DNA from: Blepharisma stoltei ATCC 30299
Taxonomy: Eukaryota; Protista; Ciliophora
Reading direction: 5' to 3'
Assembly (NCBI GenBank): GCA_965603825.1
Contig: CBFDEM010000009.1
Location: forward strand, 124,001 to 188,000
DNA length: 64,000 bases
In this document: positions 63,437 to 64,000 of the stretch, one piece after another
Layout of the letters: the number at the start of each line of letters is the position of its first letter
How positions within the stretch are numbered: position 1 is the stretch's first letter
The notes under the pieces: generated by a model
Database searches by the model: none
What the model was told of the DNA's origin: nothing
Seen by the model: the letters and a program-made list of their open reading frames with translations, nothing else
Position numbers and translations under genes: made by a program

Positions 63437-64000
63437 ATGCTGGTGAGGTATTTATTTCTCTTTCCTGCTGTACTTTCAATCATGATACAAAGGGAACTCG
63501 GATCAATTTACTTAACGGAAGGAGAATCTTATGAGCTATACTTATCAGACTATTTCAGTGGAAACAATCTATCTTTTGCAATCTCCGATTCTAATATGAC
63601 AGCTGGTTCAGCAATACTTGAAAATAAATGCGAATTTGAGATTCTAGCATTCCTCCCATTTCAAAATTCGAGCTGAAATGAAACCTGAGCCCATTCATCT
63701 CTCAAGCCTTTAATATCCTGAAGGCCAATTCCTGAATCATATGAAATCATAATATGGTATAATCTTAAATATATTGTTTTTTATAACTTTTCTTCTGAAC
63801 GAGGAGAAATTGAAATGTTTTGAAATGGATTTATTGACACAGGGGAAAATATAGAATATTCTCAAATAGAAGATATAAAAATTTATTCAAGTAACTATGG
63901 TCAAATCTCTTACGCTTTAATATGAGCTAAGCAGCAGGAAAATACACTTATATGGAGAAACAATTTTTATTATATGAATTTATTAAATTTATCAGCTCTA
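63437..64000 (+). CDS. Array gene B5, 5' part (runs off the window; intact so far)
   Basis: Open frame with TGA=Trp to the window end; same signal peptide as B2. Confidence 0.8.

Larger units (their letters stand above)
30160..64000 (+). repeat. Tandem array of alternating A/B membrane-protein genes with conserved spacers, unit ~9.6 kb, continues past the window end
   Basis: A starts at 30506, 41873, 49308, 58936 (plus 3' relic 35909). B starts at 35073, 36599, 53890, 63437 (plus 5'-deleted copy ~46316). Spacers are homologous. A3-to-A4 is 9628 bp and B4-to-B5 is 9547 bp. Confidence 0.97.

Noticed and set aside
30506-64000. Reading the many 60-200 aa ORFs as separate small genes or as wholesale pseudogene decay
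   Set aside because: They share one frame per gene and are separated only by TGA, which encodes Trp here.
1-64000. Mycoplasma/mitochondrial origin (also TGA=Trp) or selenocysteine recoding
   Set aside because: Spliceosomal introns and genes such as Rab, SF3A2, 14-3-3 and Skp1 are nuclear eukaryotic; TGA aligns with Trp/TGG, not Cys.
30506-64000. Direct homology to Tetrahymena MTA/MTB or to Cys-rich immobilisation antigens
   Set aside because: These genes are head-to-tail, single-pass and lack furin-like or periodic Cys repeats and GPI-type ends; only the paired-gene logic is analogous.
1-64000. CRISPR arrays, transposase/RT ORFs, telomeric repeats, tRNA/rRNA genes
   Set aside because: No short regularly spaced repeats, DDE/RT motifs, telomere tracts or recognisable structured RNA genes were seen; small RNAs cannot be excluded without covariance-model searches.

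Overview
AT-rich, gene-dense eukaryotic DNA that behaves like a heterotrich ciliate macronuclear chromosome (Blepharisma-type). TGA encodes Trp, only TAA/TAG stop, and spliceosomal introns are 15 nt (GTAA-N5-A-NN-YAG), so the supplied standard-code ORF track fragments many genes. Bases 1-30.1 kb hold about 26 tightly packed single-copy genes: cNMP-binding protein, divergent kinesin, SF-assemblin, MORN/IQ protein, NAP1, aquaporin, C2H2 zinc finger, membrane-anchored aspartic protease, HAL-like/HisRS fusion, nicotinamidase, Rab7-like GTPase, DGAT1/SOAT, two 14-3-3s, Skp1, SF3A2, ACAD8, histidine phosphatase and unknowns. From 30.2 kb to the window end is a head-to-tail array (unit about 9.6 kb) of alternating A and B genes. 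These encode two distantly related ~1,410-1,430 aa intronless single-pass membrane proteins with three-module ectodomains. The copies show hypervariable patches, recombination mosaicism, conserved tails, truncated or possibly secreted copies, pseudogenes and deletion junctions patched with filler DNA. This looks like a diversifying paired cell-surface recognition locus; that function is inferred, not shown.
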